A stretch of 64,000 bases of DNA from Bacteroidota bacterium. GTDB taxonomy: Bacteria > Bacteroidota > Bacteroidia > Flavobacteriales > BACL11. Shown here one piece after another: positions 19,082-29,507 of this stretch. The notes below the pieces were generated by a model. That model did no database searches. It worked only from the letters and a program-made list of their open reading frames with translations, and was not told the DNA's origin. The position numbers and the translations under genes were made by a program. The first letter of the stretch is position 1. The number at the start of each line of letters is the position of its first letter. The DNA lies in contig JAYYZX010000019.1 in the NCBI GenBank assembly GCA_036339955.1, forward strand, positions 11,913 through 75,912, given 5' to 3'.

Positions 19082-20116
19082 ATGCAAAACCTTGATGATA
19101 AAATAGAATTAAAGGATGTTCTGATTAAATTTTCAGAATATAAGAATTATATATTATCAAATAAGAAATCAATCCTTATAGGAATTGCAATATTTGTTTT
19201 ATTAGGCTTGTTGATTCCAGCTCTTTCTTCAGATAATTATAAGGCTAAGCTTACTTTTGTTGTTGAAGCCCCTTCTTCAAATCTTCTTTCTTCGTATTCT
19301 GGAATTTCTAGTCAATTAGGGATTGATCTTAGTCTTGGAGAGTCGACCACTTTTACACAGGAAAATATTATTGAAATCATGAAATCTAGAGCTGTTATAG
19401 AAGCTTCTTTAATGCAGAAACAGATTATAGATAATTCTAATAATTGCTTAGCAGATCATTACTTAAAAATCAATAGCAAAGATTGGAAAGATGATAAAAG
19501 AGATCATGATTTTAGTTTTTCTGCAGGATTAGTTTCTTTACAGCACAATAGTATTATTTCGGAGATATGCAATGAAATTAGTAAAGATTATTTAACTATT
19601 GAATTTGAGTCTAAAGATGCAAATATCATTACGCTTACCTGTATTTCTATTAGTGAAGAATTTGCAAAAATATTTGTAGAAACCCTTATTCAAGAGACAG
19701 AGAAATTATATACATCTATCACCTCTAGTAAGGCACGTCAGACAGTAGAGTATGTGCAGGAAAGGGCAGATTCTGTTTTTATTGAACTACAAAGAGCTGA
19801 AAAAGAATATGCTCGTATTAGAGATATTAATGCAAGGATTGTTAAGGAATCAGGTAGGCTTAAAGAATTACAATTTATGCGAGATGTAGAAGTTTTAAAT
19901 ACTATTTATTTAGAACTAACAAAAAATATTGAGATTTCAAAAATTAATTTACTTAATAAGACTCCGATTATCCAAGTTATAGACAAACCTAAGTTCCCTT
20001 TAACACAAAATTCTATTTCATTATTAAATAGTATATATGTTAGTATCTTTCTTGGGTTTTTCTTTTCAGTTTTTCGTTTAATATTTCTTAAAACTATAAA
20101 AGATACATTAGATTAA
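19082..20116 (+). CDS. Wzz-like chain-length determinant protein (no kinase domain)
   Basis: 344 aa. N-terminal TM, coiled-coil periplasmic region, C-terminal TM (ISLLNSIYVSIFLGFFFSVF). Lies next to the Wza-like gene. Confidence 0.6.
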   Translation: MQNLDDKIELKDVLIKFSEYKNYILSNKKSILIGIAIFVLLGLLIPALSSDNYKAKLTFVVEAPSSNLLSSYSGISSQLGIDLSLGESTTFTQENIIEIMKSRAVIEASLMQKQIIDNSNNCLADHYLKINSKDWKDDKRDHDFSFSAGLVSLQHNSIISEICNEISKDYLTIEFESKDANIITLTCISISEEFAKIFVETLIQETEKLYTSITSSKARQTVEYVQERADSVFIELQRAEKEYARIRDINARIVKESGRLKELQFMRDVEVLNTIYLELTKNIEISKINLLNKTPIIQVIDKPKFPLTQNSISLLNSIYVSIFLGFFFSVFRLIFLKTIKDTLD

Positions 20117-20119
20117 GAA

Positions 20120-21376
20120 TTATAGATTAGTTATTAATTCTTCTAATTGTAGCCCTCTGGAACCTTTTAATAATATTGTATGATTCTTAATTGGAGCTTC
20201 TTGTATGTGCTCTATGAATTCTGATTTATCAATAAAGCTCATTTCATCATTAGGTAAATAAAAATTCTCTCCTATAAATATAGTATTTATGTTTTGTTTC
20301 TTTACAAATTGTCTAATAATTTTATGTTCATTTTTAGATGCTTTTCCAAGTTCTAACATATCTCCTAGAATACATAATTTATTTTCATATTGTTGTTTAC
20401 AAAATGACTTCAACATTTCTATCATACTTGATGGATTGGCATTATATGCATCTGCTATAATTAAGTTGTAATCTGTTTTTATTATTTGTGATCGATTATT
20501 TTTAGGAGCATAATTTTGAATAGCTTTTTTTATATCTTTTGTAGGTATTTTAAAATATGAGGATATACATATAGCAAGCATAATATTATAGAATTGGTAG
20601 CTTCCAATTAAATTACTATTTATTATATGTTGTTTATATTTTAGTTGCATAAAAGGAGTGATATTCTCTATCTTACCTAAACAGGCTCCTGTTTTTCCGT
20701 AACTTATTTGTTCTATATGACAATCAATGTTTTTTAATATTTTATCATCATTATTGATAAAACACACTCCATTATTATTATTTAAATAATGATATAATTC
20801 AGCTTTCGCTTTTAAAACGCCTTTGCTCGATTTGAATCCGTCTAAATGAGCTCTTCCTATATTTGTAATTGACCCATGTGTTGGACAGGCAATGTTACAT
20901 AAGAAATCTATTTCCCCGACATGGTTAGCTCCAATTTCAATAACAGCAATATCTGTATTCTCTTTAATTCTTAAAATTGTTAGCGGGACACCAATATGAT
21001 TATTAAAATTTCCTTGTGTAGCAATACAATTATATTTTGTCATTAAAATATGAGCTACTAATTCTTTTGACGTTGTTTTACCATTTGTCCCTGTTAATCC
21101 AATAACTGGAATATTATATTGCTTCCTATGGTATTTAGCTAATTTCTGTAATGTGCTTAACACATCTTTCACCAATATGCAATTTTTATGTTTTATATTT
21201 TTGTCATCTATAATAGCATATCTACATCCCTTTTGTATAGCTGTTTTTGCAAATACATTTCCATTAAATTTAGTTCCTTTTAAAGCAAAAAATATTGCAT
21301 TCTCCTGTACATCTCGGGTGTCAGTACAGATAATAGGGTTTTTTAGATATAATCTATGTATTTCAGTTATATTCAT
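20120..21376 (-). CDS. murF: UDP-N-acetylmuramoyl-tripeptide--D-alanyl-D-alanine ligase
   Basis: 418 aa. Mur-ligase P-loop GLTGTNGKTT and MurF-like N- and C-terminal domains. Confidence 0.85.
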   Translation of the reverse strand: MNITEIHRLYLKNPIICTDTRDVQENAIFFALKGTKFNGNVFAKTAIQKGCRYAIIDDKNIKHKNCILVKDVLSTLQKLAKYHRKQYNIPVIGLTGTNGKTTSKELVAHILMTKYNCIATQGNFNNHIGVPLTILRIKENTDIAVIEIGANHVGEIDFLCNIACPTHGSITNIGRAHLDGFKSSKGVLKAKAELYHYLNNNNGVCFINNDDKILKNIDCHIEQISYGKTGACLGKIENITPFMQLKYKQHIINSNLIGSYQFYNIMLAICISSYFKIPTKDIKKAIQNYAPKNNRSQIIKTDYNLIIADAYNANPSSMIEMLKSFCKQQYENKLCILGDMLELGKASKNEHKIIRQFVKKQNINTIFIGENFYLPNDEMSFIDKSEFIEHIQEAPIKNHTILLKGSRGLQLEELITNL

Positions 21377-21412
21377 AGATATTTGTATGTAGAGGATACA
21401 TGATAAAACAAT

Positions 21413-21438
21413 AAAACCCCAAAAAAAGCAGGGGTTTT
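21413..21438 (-). terminator. Possible intrinsic terminator after gldJ
   Basis: aaaacccc / ggggtttt form an 8-bp stem with a 10-nt loop, 33 nt after the gldJ stop. A T-rich run follows on the minus strand. The loop is larger than ideal. Confidence 0.35.
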
Positions 21439-21470
21439 TATTGTTTTAAGTTATTAGAATATTATAAATT

Positions 21471-23093
21471 TTAGTTATGTTTTTTATTGTAATCAACCTC
21501 TATTCGTTGATTTTCTCTTATCTTACTTGCGGGACTCCCTAAACGATCCATTGCGCATCTAAAGCCAATTGCATCTGTAGCTTGATCTTGATCGAGATAA
21601 CGTCGTGTTCCTGGATTAAGCCAATAAGCACGATCTTTCCAAGATCCACCCTTATAGACTCTTGTTCTATCAGTAATTAGAGAAGAATTTCCATAATCAT
21701 ACATTTCGCTACTATTACCAGTTCTGGTATTATCTTCATATTTTTCAGCCTCTCTGTTCCATTTATCAATACTCACTTTTGATTGATCTTTTGAAGATCT
21801 TTCTTCAAGAAAGTTATTCCAATCGATTCCCATTTGAGATTCAATATCTCCATCTAAGAAATTAATGTTGTCAGCTTTTTTATAATTTCTCCTATATACA
21901 TTGTCTTGTACATTGACAGGCACTTTAATTATTTTCCCTAAACTATCTTTTTCAGCAATTAATCCATCTTCGTCTACAAGTTTTTCTGTAAATTCATTAC
22001 CTCTAAATGGCCTATGATCAGTAGTTGTAGTCTGTTCAGTTACTGGTCTATATACATCCATTACCCATTCAGAAACATTTCCGGCCATGTTATATAAGCC
22101 ATAGTCATTAGTCCAATATGATCGAACAGGAGCGGTTATATCTGCATTGTCATTTAAAGACCCTGAAGTCCCCATATTATCTCCTCGCCCTCTTTTAAAG
22201 TTAGCCATTATTTCACCTTGATTCTTTTTACTATTATTTCTTAAAGATGAGCCATTCCAAGGATAGATTTTTCTTTCAGATATATTCTCTCCTGCTGTGT
22301 TACCAACATATCCAAGTGCAGCAAATTCCCATTCGGCTTCTGTAGGAAGTCTATATTTTGGTAGTAATATCCCATCTTTCATTTGTACTCTTCTTGTTTT
22401 TTCTCCACTATTTGGGTTATAGGTTTTAGGATTTTTTCTTACAATGCCTTCATACTGTCCATGTAGGTATGCTTCGGTACTAAATGTGTTTTCATCTACT
22501 TGTTCAATATCTTCTTTCAATACTCCTTCATCAATCAAAATTCTTTCATTTACTCTGTCTGTTCTCCAGGCACAATAGTCATTTGCTTGGGCCCAGCTTA
22601 CACCAACAACAGGATAGTTTTGATACGCAGGATGTCTTAAATATTGTGTAACATAAGGTTCATTATAACCTAATTTATCTCGCCAAACTAGAGTATCAGG
22701 AAGAGCTTTTGTATATACTTCTGGATAGCTTTGTCCATACACTCTTTTGAGCCAGTATAAATATTCTACATAATCTACGTTTCTTACTTCTGTTTCATCT
22801 ATGTAAAATGAAGCTACAGTTACTCTTCTTGGGACATTATTCCATTCATATCTTACATCTTCTTCAACTCTCCCCATAGAGAAAGTTCCGCCTTCTACTA
22901 AAACTAGCCCTGGGCCAGTAACTTGTTCTTGAAACTTAGTATTTACTTCATATCCGCCACTCTTCTTACTATTATATTTCCAGCCTGTTGTTGAAGATAC
23001 TTTTTTTGACGATTTTGACCCTTGATTACTAGAACACGATCCTAAAACAAAAAGTAAGGATAATGCTAAAATTATTTTATTTGTATTTCTCAT
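21471..23093 (-). CDS. gldJ: Gliding motility lipoprotein GldJ (SUMF1/FGE-like domain)
   Basis: ORF trimmed to MRNTNKIILALSLLFVLGSCSS (lipobox). Sulfatase-modifying-factor-like motifs are present (RVTVASFYIDETEV, YRLPTEAEWEFAA, GNVSEWV). Family-typical size and murF adjacency. Confidence 0.85.
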   Translation of the reverse strand: MRNTNKIILALSLLFVLGSCSSNQGSKSSKKVSSTTGWKYNSKKSGGYEVNTKFQEQVTGPGLVLVEGGTFSMGRVEEDVRYEWNNVPRRVTVASFYIDETEVRNVDYVEYLYWLKRVYGQSYPEVYTKALPDTLVWRDKLGYNEPYVTQYLRHPAYQNYPVVGVSWAQANDYCAWRTDRVNERILIDEGVLKEDIEQVDENTFSTEAYLHGQYEGIVRKNPKTYNPNSGEKTRRVQMKDGILLPKYRLPTEAEWEFAALGYVGNTAGENISERKIYPWNGSSLRNNSKKNQGEIMANFKRGRGDNMGTSGSLNDNADITAPVRSYWTNDYGLYNMAGNVSEWVMDVYRPVTEQTTTTDHRPFRGNEFTEKLVDEDGLIAEKDSLGKIIKVPVNVQDNVYRRNYKKADNINFLDGDIESQMGIDWNNFLEERSSKDQSKVSIDKWNREAEKYEDNTRTGNSSEMYDYGNSSLITDRTRVYKGGSWKDRAYWLNPGTRRYLDQDQATDAIGFRCAMDRLGSPASKIRENQRIEVDYNKKHN

Positions 23094-23119
23094 AATGAAA
23101 ATATTATTAATTATATAAA

Positions 23120-24112
23120 CTAAAATTGAGGACAATTTATTGTATTAAATGATTTAACTTTTGATCTACATGGAAGATACATGCTGAAAGAGACCTCATG
23201 TGCTCCTAATGTATTATCAACTCCCAGATTACTTGCAGTAATATCATAGCTATAACCAAATTTAAATGTTTCTTGAATCAATCCAACAAGAAGAATATAA
23301 GAATCTATATTTTTATCACTATGCCTTGTCCATAGCCCTCCAACAATAGGGCCTCTCGTCACATATAGTCCATAATTAAATTGTTGAAAATCTTGTTGTT
23401 GTTGGTATAAAAAATTTGGTGAAATTGTAGTTTCAACGTTGCTATATTTGAATAAAGGGAATTTCCCTCCTGCATGGAATGTATATTTTGTAGGTAATGG
23501 GCTTTCAGTACCCATAAAACTTTGATTAGGTGTTGCAAGATGATGAGCAGCAAAACCAAAAAAGTAGTTTTCAGAGTAGCCTATGAACCCAGTAGAGAAA
23601 TCGGGATATGATACTCCGTCTTCATAATTATCTATATCTTCCTGAGTATTTTTTACAAAACCATATGTAGGATCAATCATATCTCCAAATTTTAAATTTT
23701 CCCAGCCTACGTTTACCATTCGATAAGAAGCTTCGAATCCGGTATTTATAGCAAATGAATTATTTACTGGTAAATGATATGAATACAAAAGAGAAGCTTG
23801 TTGTATTCTAAAGCTTCCTGCACCACTACGGTCATCTGAAATTAACACTCCAAATCCCCCTTCAATTGCATCAATAGCTTGATCATATGAAGCAGATGTT
23901 GTCATATATGCTCTTATTCCTGGCCACTGATCTCTAAAATTTAAATTAACTCTAGGACAGCCCTTCATAGAAGTACCAGTAAATGCTGGATTTAGATATA
24001 ATGGATTTGCATAGAATTGACTAAAAGCAGGGTCCTGCGCATTTGCTTCTGGAGCTATTAAAAACATAGAAATAAAACCTAAAAAACAAAACCTTAATCT
24101 TTTAACCATCAT
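23120..24112 (-). CDS. Type IX secretion system membrane protein, PorP/SprF family
   Basis: Signal peptide followed by QDPAFSQFYANPLYLNPAFTG, the hallmark PorP/SprF N-terminus. Start set at the MMVKRLRF Met pair. Confidence 0.85.
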   Translation of the reverse strand: MMVKRLRFCFLGFISMFLIAPEANAQDPAFSQFYANPLYLNPAFTGTSMKGCPRVNLNFRDQWPGIRAYMTTSASYDQAIDAIEGGFGVLISDDRSGAGSFRIQQASLLYSYHLPVNNSFAINTGFEASYRMVNVGWENLKFGDMIDPTYGFVKNTQEDIDNYEDGVSYPDFSTGFIGYSENYFFGFAAHHLATPNQSFMGTESPLPTKYTFHAGGKFPLFKYSNVETTISPNFLYQQQQDFQQFNYGLYVTRGPIVGGLWTRHSDKNIDSYILLVGLIQETFKFGYSYDITASNLGVDNTLGAHEVSFSMYLPCRSKVKSFNTINCPQF

Positions 24113-24135
24113 CTTCTTTTTTGCAATTATCTTCA

Positions 24136-24143
24136 CAAAAATA
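24136..24143 (-). promoter_or_regulatory. -7 promoter box TAnnTTTG upstream of the porP-like/gldJ genes
   Basis: The minus strand reads tatttttg, about 24 nt upstream of ATG 24112. Confidence 0.4.
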
Positions 24144-24261
24144 AACAATTTATTTGTTTTCCTGTTTTAAACTAGTAATTTTATAAAATAAAACATTTAC
24201 TTTTTGCGTTATATGCTTGTTAAAATACCAGTTTAAGGCAAAGCTAATATTGATTTAAGTA

Positions 24262-27200
24262 ATGAAATTTCATTATATATTTTTATATACTCTAGTTTGG
24301 TTTTTTCTAACCATTAATGCTTTTTCTCAATCAGCATCTGTATTATCAACAGGAGATTGGTATAAGATTAGTGTAGTTCAAGATGGTGTGCATAAAATTA
24401 GTTATGCAGACTTGCAGCAATTAGGAGTAAATACTTCAAATTTATCTATATCTAGTATTGGGTTGTTCGGAAATGGAGGAGGTATGCTTCCTAAATTAAA
24501 TTCAGATTTCCGTTACAATGATATTCAAGAAAATGCTATTCAGATTATTGATGAAAATGGAAATGGACTTTTTGAGAATGGAGATTATATTTTATTTTTC
24601 GGTCAATCTCCAGATAGATGGCAATGGAATGAATCTACTCAATTATTTCAGTTTGATAAGCATTTGTATAGTAGTAAAACATATTACTTCCTAACAACCA
24701 GCATGTCTTCATCCCCTAAAAGAATTGCACAAAAACCCATTGAATCAACTTATTCATACACAACTTCTACATTTAATAATTATAAGGTTCATGAAAATGA
24801 GAACATTAATTTAATTGGATCAGGCTCTATTTGGTACGGAGAAGTATTTGAAATTGAAAAGAGTCATTCTATACCCTTTAATTTTTATAATCCAGATTTC
24901 AATAGTCTTGCTTATATTTCATGTTCAGTAGCTGCTAGGTCACTTAATCCATCTACATTTACAATTAATATTAATGGACAGATTTTGCAACAAATTAATA
25001 TTAGTAACATAGTAAATACTTATGCTACAGCATATGCAAAGACTGGTTTTGGGAGCACATCATTTTCATTACCATCTTCTAATTTTGATATAGATATAAA
25101 TCATAATACAACTACTAATAATTCAACAGGTTGGTTAGATTATATTGAGATTAATTTAAGGAGTCATCTAAGCATGCATAATAATCATATATTATTTCGA
25201 GATATAAATACTACATCATTTTTGTCATCAAAATTCTCTATATCAGCAGCAGATAATTTAATAATATGGGATGTTACAGATCCAATTAATGTAGAATCAA
25301 TACATGCAGAATTCTCAAATAATCAAGTTACATTTATTGATGAGACTAGTACATTAAAAGAATATGTAGCATTTTATCCAAATTATTATGTTACACCTAC
25401 AATGGAGGGAAGTATTGTTAATCAAAATCTACATGCTTCTTCAAATATTGAATATGTTATTATATCTCACCCCTCCTTTTTAGATGCAGCCAATAGATTA
25501 GCAGAGATATATACACAAGGAGCTTATAAACAATTTGATTGGCTAACATCTGTCGTTGTTACTACAGATCAGATATATAATGAGTTTTCTTCAGGATCTC
25601 AAGATATATCAGCTATTAGAGATTTTCTAAGAATGTTACATAAAGAGGATGATTCAGTATTGAAATATGTTTTGTTATTTGGAGATGGATCATATGATCC
25701 AAAAGATAGAATACAAAACAATACAAATTACATACCAACATTTCAATCTTTAAATTCAACTAACCCCACAATAACATATGTAACAGATGACTTTTTTGCT
25801 TTATTAGATGACGATGAGGGATTATTTCATGATGATTTGGTTGATATTGGTATAGGAAGAATGCCAGTACAAAGTTTAACAGAGGCACATCAAATGGTTG
25901 ATAAGATTGAAGCGTATTATAGTTCTGATTCATTTGGGGATTGGCGTAATGTAATCACTTTTATTGCAGATGATGGCGATGCTAATGATGGAAATGTACA
26001 TATGTGGCAAGCTGACAGTCTAGCAAATATCGTAGATGCAAAATATAATAGTATTAATATTAAAAAATTGTATTTAGATAATTTTGAGCAAATTTCTACT
26101 CCAGGAGGTCCTAGAAGTCCAGCAATGCAAACAGCAATTAATCGACAAATCAAAAAAGGATCATTATTGATTAATTATACTGGCCATGGGGGAGAGCTTG
26201 GTTGGACTCAAGAAAGAATTTTAGAAGTCGATCAAATAAATCAGTGGGATAATATAAATAGACTTCCTCTTTTTATGACAGCTACATGTAAATTCAGTAG
26301 ATTTGATGATCCTGAAAAAACATCTGCAGGAGAGAAAGTATTATTAAATCCTGAAGGAGGTGCTATAGCTTTATTAACTACAACTCGACTAGTATATTCA
26401 TCGCCAAATTATAATTTAAACACTAAATTTATTAATACTTTGTTTAATGAAGGAAGCACAACAGCTTATAGATTAGGAGATATATTTAAGCAGACAAAAC
26501 GTTTTAGTGGAACTAGTGTAAATAATAGAAACTTTACATTATTAGGGGATCCTGCTCTTAAATTAGCAAATCCTTATTATAGGATTCATACCACAAATAT
26601 TAAAGATACGATCAGGGCATTAGAAGAAGTTTTTGTTCAGGGAATAATTACAGATACTGCAGGGAATATAGTTTCAGACTTTAATGGTACAGTTTTTCCA
26701 TCTGTTTTTGATAATGAAATTATAGCAACTACTTTAGGGCAAGAGTCTTCTACACCTATGCCTTACAAATCACAGGAAAATGTTATTTATAAAGGAGCTG
26801 CCACTGTATCTAATGGAGTATTTAGTTTTTCATTTATTATACCCAAAGATATTTTGTATGATTACGCTAATGGAAGAATTAGTTATTATGCTGTTTCAGA
26901 TGATGAATTATTTGATGCTAGTGGTTATAATGAAGATTTTATTATAGGAGGTGTTTCTTTAGCAGCTGTATATGATAATGAAGATCCAGAAATCAGCTTA
27001 TTCATGAATAATACTAATTTTGTTTCTGGAGGCATAACTGATGAAAATCCATCTTTACTGGCTTTTGTTAGTGATTTTAGCGGTATTAATACTGTAGGGA
27101 ATGGGATAGGTCATGACATTACAGCTATTTTAGATTATGAAAGTAGTAATCCAATTATTTTAAATGATTATTATGTAGCAGATAGAGATAATTACCAAAA

Positions 27201-27639
27201 CGGAACAATTACTTTCCCATTTGAAGATTTACAGTTAGGAGAGCATACATTAACTGTTAAAATATGGGATGTCTTTAATAATTCTGCAGAATCTACAATT
27301 TCTTTCAAAGTAGTTGATGATGATGATATTACAATCTCAAATTTTTTAAATTATCCTAATCCATTTCATAATTCTACAGATTTTTATTTTGAAGTCAATA
27401 AACCGGATGAAGTTTTGGATATTTCATTAAATATATATTCTATTTCAGGAGTTTTAATTAGCACTGTTTCTACAAACATTGTTAATACTGGTTATCGAGT
27501 TGGTCCATTTCATTGGAATGGAGAAAACAGATTTGGCGAAAGAATAGAATCTGGACTGTATATTGCTAATTTAAATATAAAGTTCAAAAGTGGGGATTTT
27601 ATTTCAAAATCAAATCGTGTTATAATATTACCTAAATAA
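24262..27639 (+). CDS. porU: Type IX secretion system sortase PorU (C25/gingipain-like peptidase)
   Basis: 1125 aa. Signal peptide, a central caspase/gingipain-like region (YVLLFGDGSYDPK, INYTGHGGELGW, TATCKFSRFDD), a C-terminal YPNPF... beta-sandwich tail, and porV immediately downstream. Confidence 0.85.
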   Translation: MKFHYIFLYTLVWFFLTINAFSQSASVLSTGDWYKISVVQDGVHKISYADLQQLGVNTSNLSISSIGLFGNGGGMLPKLNSDFRYNDIQENAIQIIDENGNGLFENGDYILFFGQSPDRWQWNESTQLFQFDKHLYSSKTYYFLTTSMSSSPKRIAQKPIESTYSYTTSTFNNYKVHENENINLIGSGSIWYGEVFEIEKSHSIPFNFYNPDFNSLAYISCSVAARSLNPSTFTININGQILQQINISNIVNTYATAYAKTGFGSTSFSLPSSNFDIDINHNTTTNNSTGWLDYIEINLRSHLSMHNNHILFRDINTTSFLSSKFSISAADNLIIWDVTDPINVESIHAEFSNNQVTFIDETSTLKEYVAFYPNYYVTPTMEGSIVNQNLHASSNIEYVIISHPSFLDAANRLAEIYTQGAYKQFDWLTSVVVTTDQIYNEFSSGSQDISAIRDFLRMLHKEDDSVLKYVLLFGDGSYDPKDRIQNNTNYIPTFQSLNSTNPTITYVTDDFFALLDDDEGLFHDDLVDIGIGRMPVQSLTEAHQMVDKIEAYYSSDSFGDWRNVITFIADDGDANDGNVHMWQADSLANIVDAKYNSINIKKLYLDNFEQISTPGGPRSPAMQTAINRQIKKGSLLINYTGHGGELGWTQERILEVDQINQWDNINRLPLFMTATCKFSRFDDPEKTSAGEKVLLNPEGGAIALLTTTRLVYSSPNYNLNTKFINTLFNEGSTTAYRLGDIFKQTKRFSGTSVNNRNFTLLGDPALKLANPYYRIHTTNIKDTIRALEEVFVQGIITDTAGNIVSDFNGTVFPSVFDNEIIATTLGQESSTPMPYKSQENVIYKGAATVSNGVFSFSFIIPKDILYDYANGRISYYAVSDDELFDASGYNEDFIIGGVSLAAVYDNEDPEISLFMNNTNFVSGGITDENPSLLAFVSDFSGINTVGNGIGHDITAILDYESSNPIILNDYYVADRDNYQNGTITFPFEDLQLGEHTLTVKIWDVFNNSAESTISFKVVDDDDITISNFLNYPNPFHNSTDFYFEVNKPDEVLDISLNIYSISGVLISTVSTNIVNTGYRVGPFHWNGENRFGERIESGLYIANLNIKFKSGDFISKSNRVIILPK

Positions 27640-27672
27640 TTCCGTTATTCAGTAGCTAGAATAAAAAACAAT

Positions 27673-27680
27673 TATATTTG
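27673..27680 (+). promoter_or_regulatory. -7 promoter box TAnnTTTG upstream of porV
   Basis: tatatttg. Its G is 6 nt before ATG 27687. The TTG start given in the track (27678) is part of the box. Confidence 0.35.
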
Positions 27681-27686
27681 CAAACC

Positions 27687-28931
27687 ATGACAAAAAGATA
27701 TCTTATATTAATTTTTTTATTAATTTCTAAAACACTATCTGCTCAATATTTAACCTGGGAGGAATATCTTGATAATGCTTTAGGAGGACTTAATACTATT
27801 ACTACTGCTGTTCCTTTTTTACAAATAGCTCCTGATTCAAGAGCAGGAGCCATGGGAGATCTTGGGGTAGCAACATCTCCAGATGTTAATTCTTTCCATT
27901 GGAATCCTGCCAAATATGCATTTATAGAAGATCAAGTAGGCGCAGCAGTATCTTATGTTCCTTGGTTAAGAGCCCTTGGCATTAGTGATATCAATCTTGG
28001 ATATTTAACAGGATATTATAGGCTTAATGATTTTGAAACTGTTGCTGCAGAACTTCGATATTTTAATCTTGGGGAGATTATTTTTACAAACAGAGATGCT
28101 GAAGTAATCGGTCAATATAATCCTCATGAGTTAGCTTTTGCAGCAGCATATGCTAGAAAATTATCAGATAATTTTTCAATGGGGCTTGCAGGGCGCTACA
28201 TATATTCAAATTTAACTGGAGGAGCAATGGCGGGTGAAGTTGCCACTGTTGCAGGTCAATCTATTGCTGCTGATTTGTCGGCATACTATACTTCTTCTTT
28301 AGATGAAATGACAGATATATCATTAGGAATTAATATTTCTAATATGGGGGATAAATTAAGTTATACGGATATTTATAATGAAACAGGAGCAGATTTTATA
28401 CCTATTAATCTTCGTTTGGGTACTTGTATTGGGTTACAATTAGATGATTATAATAGGATGAGTATTGGTGTAGATATGAATAAATTATTAGTACCTACTC
28501 CTCCAATTATAGATAACAGAAAAACGATTGATTCTGCAGGAGTAATTGTTAATAATCCTAATCAAGGTCAAATTATTGCAGGAGAGGATCCTAATGTCTC
28601 GGTGGTTTCTGGAATGATACAATCATTTTATGATGCGCCAGATGGCTTTAAGGAAGAATTACGTGAAATCAATTATTCTGCAGGATTGGAATATTGGTAT
28701 AATGAGCAATTTGCATTAAGAACAGGGTATTTCTTCGAACATAATACTAAAGGGGGACGAAAATTTTATACTATTGGAGCTGGCATGAGATATACTGTTT
28801 TTGAAATAGATATTTCATATTTAATTAATGCTAATAGAGCTGTTTCTGGGGCAGGCAATAACCCTCTAGCTAATACTATGCGATTTTCATTAGCTTTTGA
28901 TATTGGAGCAATACAAGCCGATGGATTTTAG
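27687..28931 (+). CDS. porV: Type IX secretion system outer-membrane protein PorV/LptO
   Basis: MTKRYLILIFLLISKTLSAQ signal peptide, then FLQIAPDSRAGAMGDLGVATSPDVNSFHWNPAKYAF, a PorV/FadL-like N-terminal signature. Lies downstream of porU. Confidence 0.85.
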   Translation: MTKRYLILIFLLISKTLSAQYLTWEEYLDNALGGLNTITTAVPFLQIAPDSRAGAMGDLGVATSPDVNSFHWNPAKYAFIEDQVGAAVSYVPWLRALGISDINLGYLTGYYRLNDFETVAAELRYFNLGEIIFTNRDAEVIGQYNPHELAFAAAYARKLSDNFSMGLAGRYIYSNLTGGAMAGEVATVAGQSIAADLSAYYTSSLDEMTDISLGINISNMGDKLSYTDIYNETGADFIPINLRLGTCIGLQLDDYNRMSIGVDMNKLLVPTPPIIDNRKTIDSAGVIVNNPNQGQIIAGEDPNVSVVSGMIQSFYDAPDGFKEELREINYSAGLEYWYNEQFALRTGYFFEHNTKGGRKFYTIGAGMRYTVFEIDISYLINANRAVSGAGNNPLANTMRFSLAFDIGAIQADGF

Positions 28932-29400
28932 AATTGGTTTCGGATTTGATTTACATAAATTAGAAGAGAAGGCTGATTTTTCTTTAGGAGGTATAAATAT
29001 TCCTCATGATAAGGGAGCCATTGGTCATTCAGATGCAGATGTTCTTATACATGCAATATGTGATGCGATTTTAGGTGCAGTAAATTTAGGCGATATTGGT
29101 ATGCATTTTCCGGATACGTCAAATGCTTATAAAAATATTGATAGCAAGCTTTTATTGAAAGAGGTTATTAATAAATTAATAGCTAAAGATTATAAAATCC
29201 ACAATATTGATTCAACTATTTGTTTAGAAAATCCAAAGATTAATCCATTTATATCTAGAATGAAACAAAGTTTATCAGAATGTATTAATATTTCTGTTGA
29301 TGACATATCAATTAAGGCTACAACTCATGAAAAAAAAGGAGTTATTGGTAGGGAAGAAGCTGTTTCCGCATATGCTGTAGTTCTAGTAAAAAAAATATAG
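28921..29400 (+). CDS. ispF: 2-C-methyl-D-erythritol 2,4-cyclodiphosphate synthase
   Basis: MDFRIGFGFDLHKL...GHSDADVLIHAICDAILGA are IspF signatures. ATG 28921 overlaps the porV 3' end by 11 nt. Confidence 0.9.
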   Translation: MDFRIGFGFDLHKLEEKADFSLGGINIPHDKGAIGHSDADVLIHAICDAILGAVNLGDIGMHFPDTSNAYKNIDSKLLLKEVINKLIAKDYKIHNIDSTICLENPKINPFISRMKQSLSECINISVDDISIKATTHEKKGVIGREEAVSAYAVVLVKKI

Positions 29401-29428
29401 TTATTTATATTTAAGAATTATTATTACT

Positions 29429-29457
29429 ATCAGAAAAACATATTTCTGATCATTTTT
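29429..29457 (+). terminator. Intrinsic terminator after ispF
   Basis: atcagaaa-aacata-tttctgat is a perfect 8-bp stem with a 6-nt loop, followed by cattttt. Begins 29 nt after the ispF stop. Confidence 0.55.
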
Positions 29458-29507
29458 GCTATCACCTCTTAATTTTATATTTTTACATATTGTAAAATTT
29501 ATATTGT

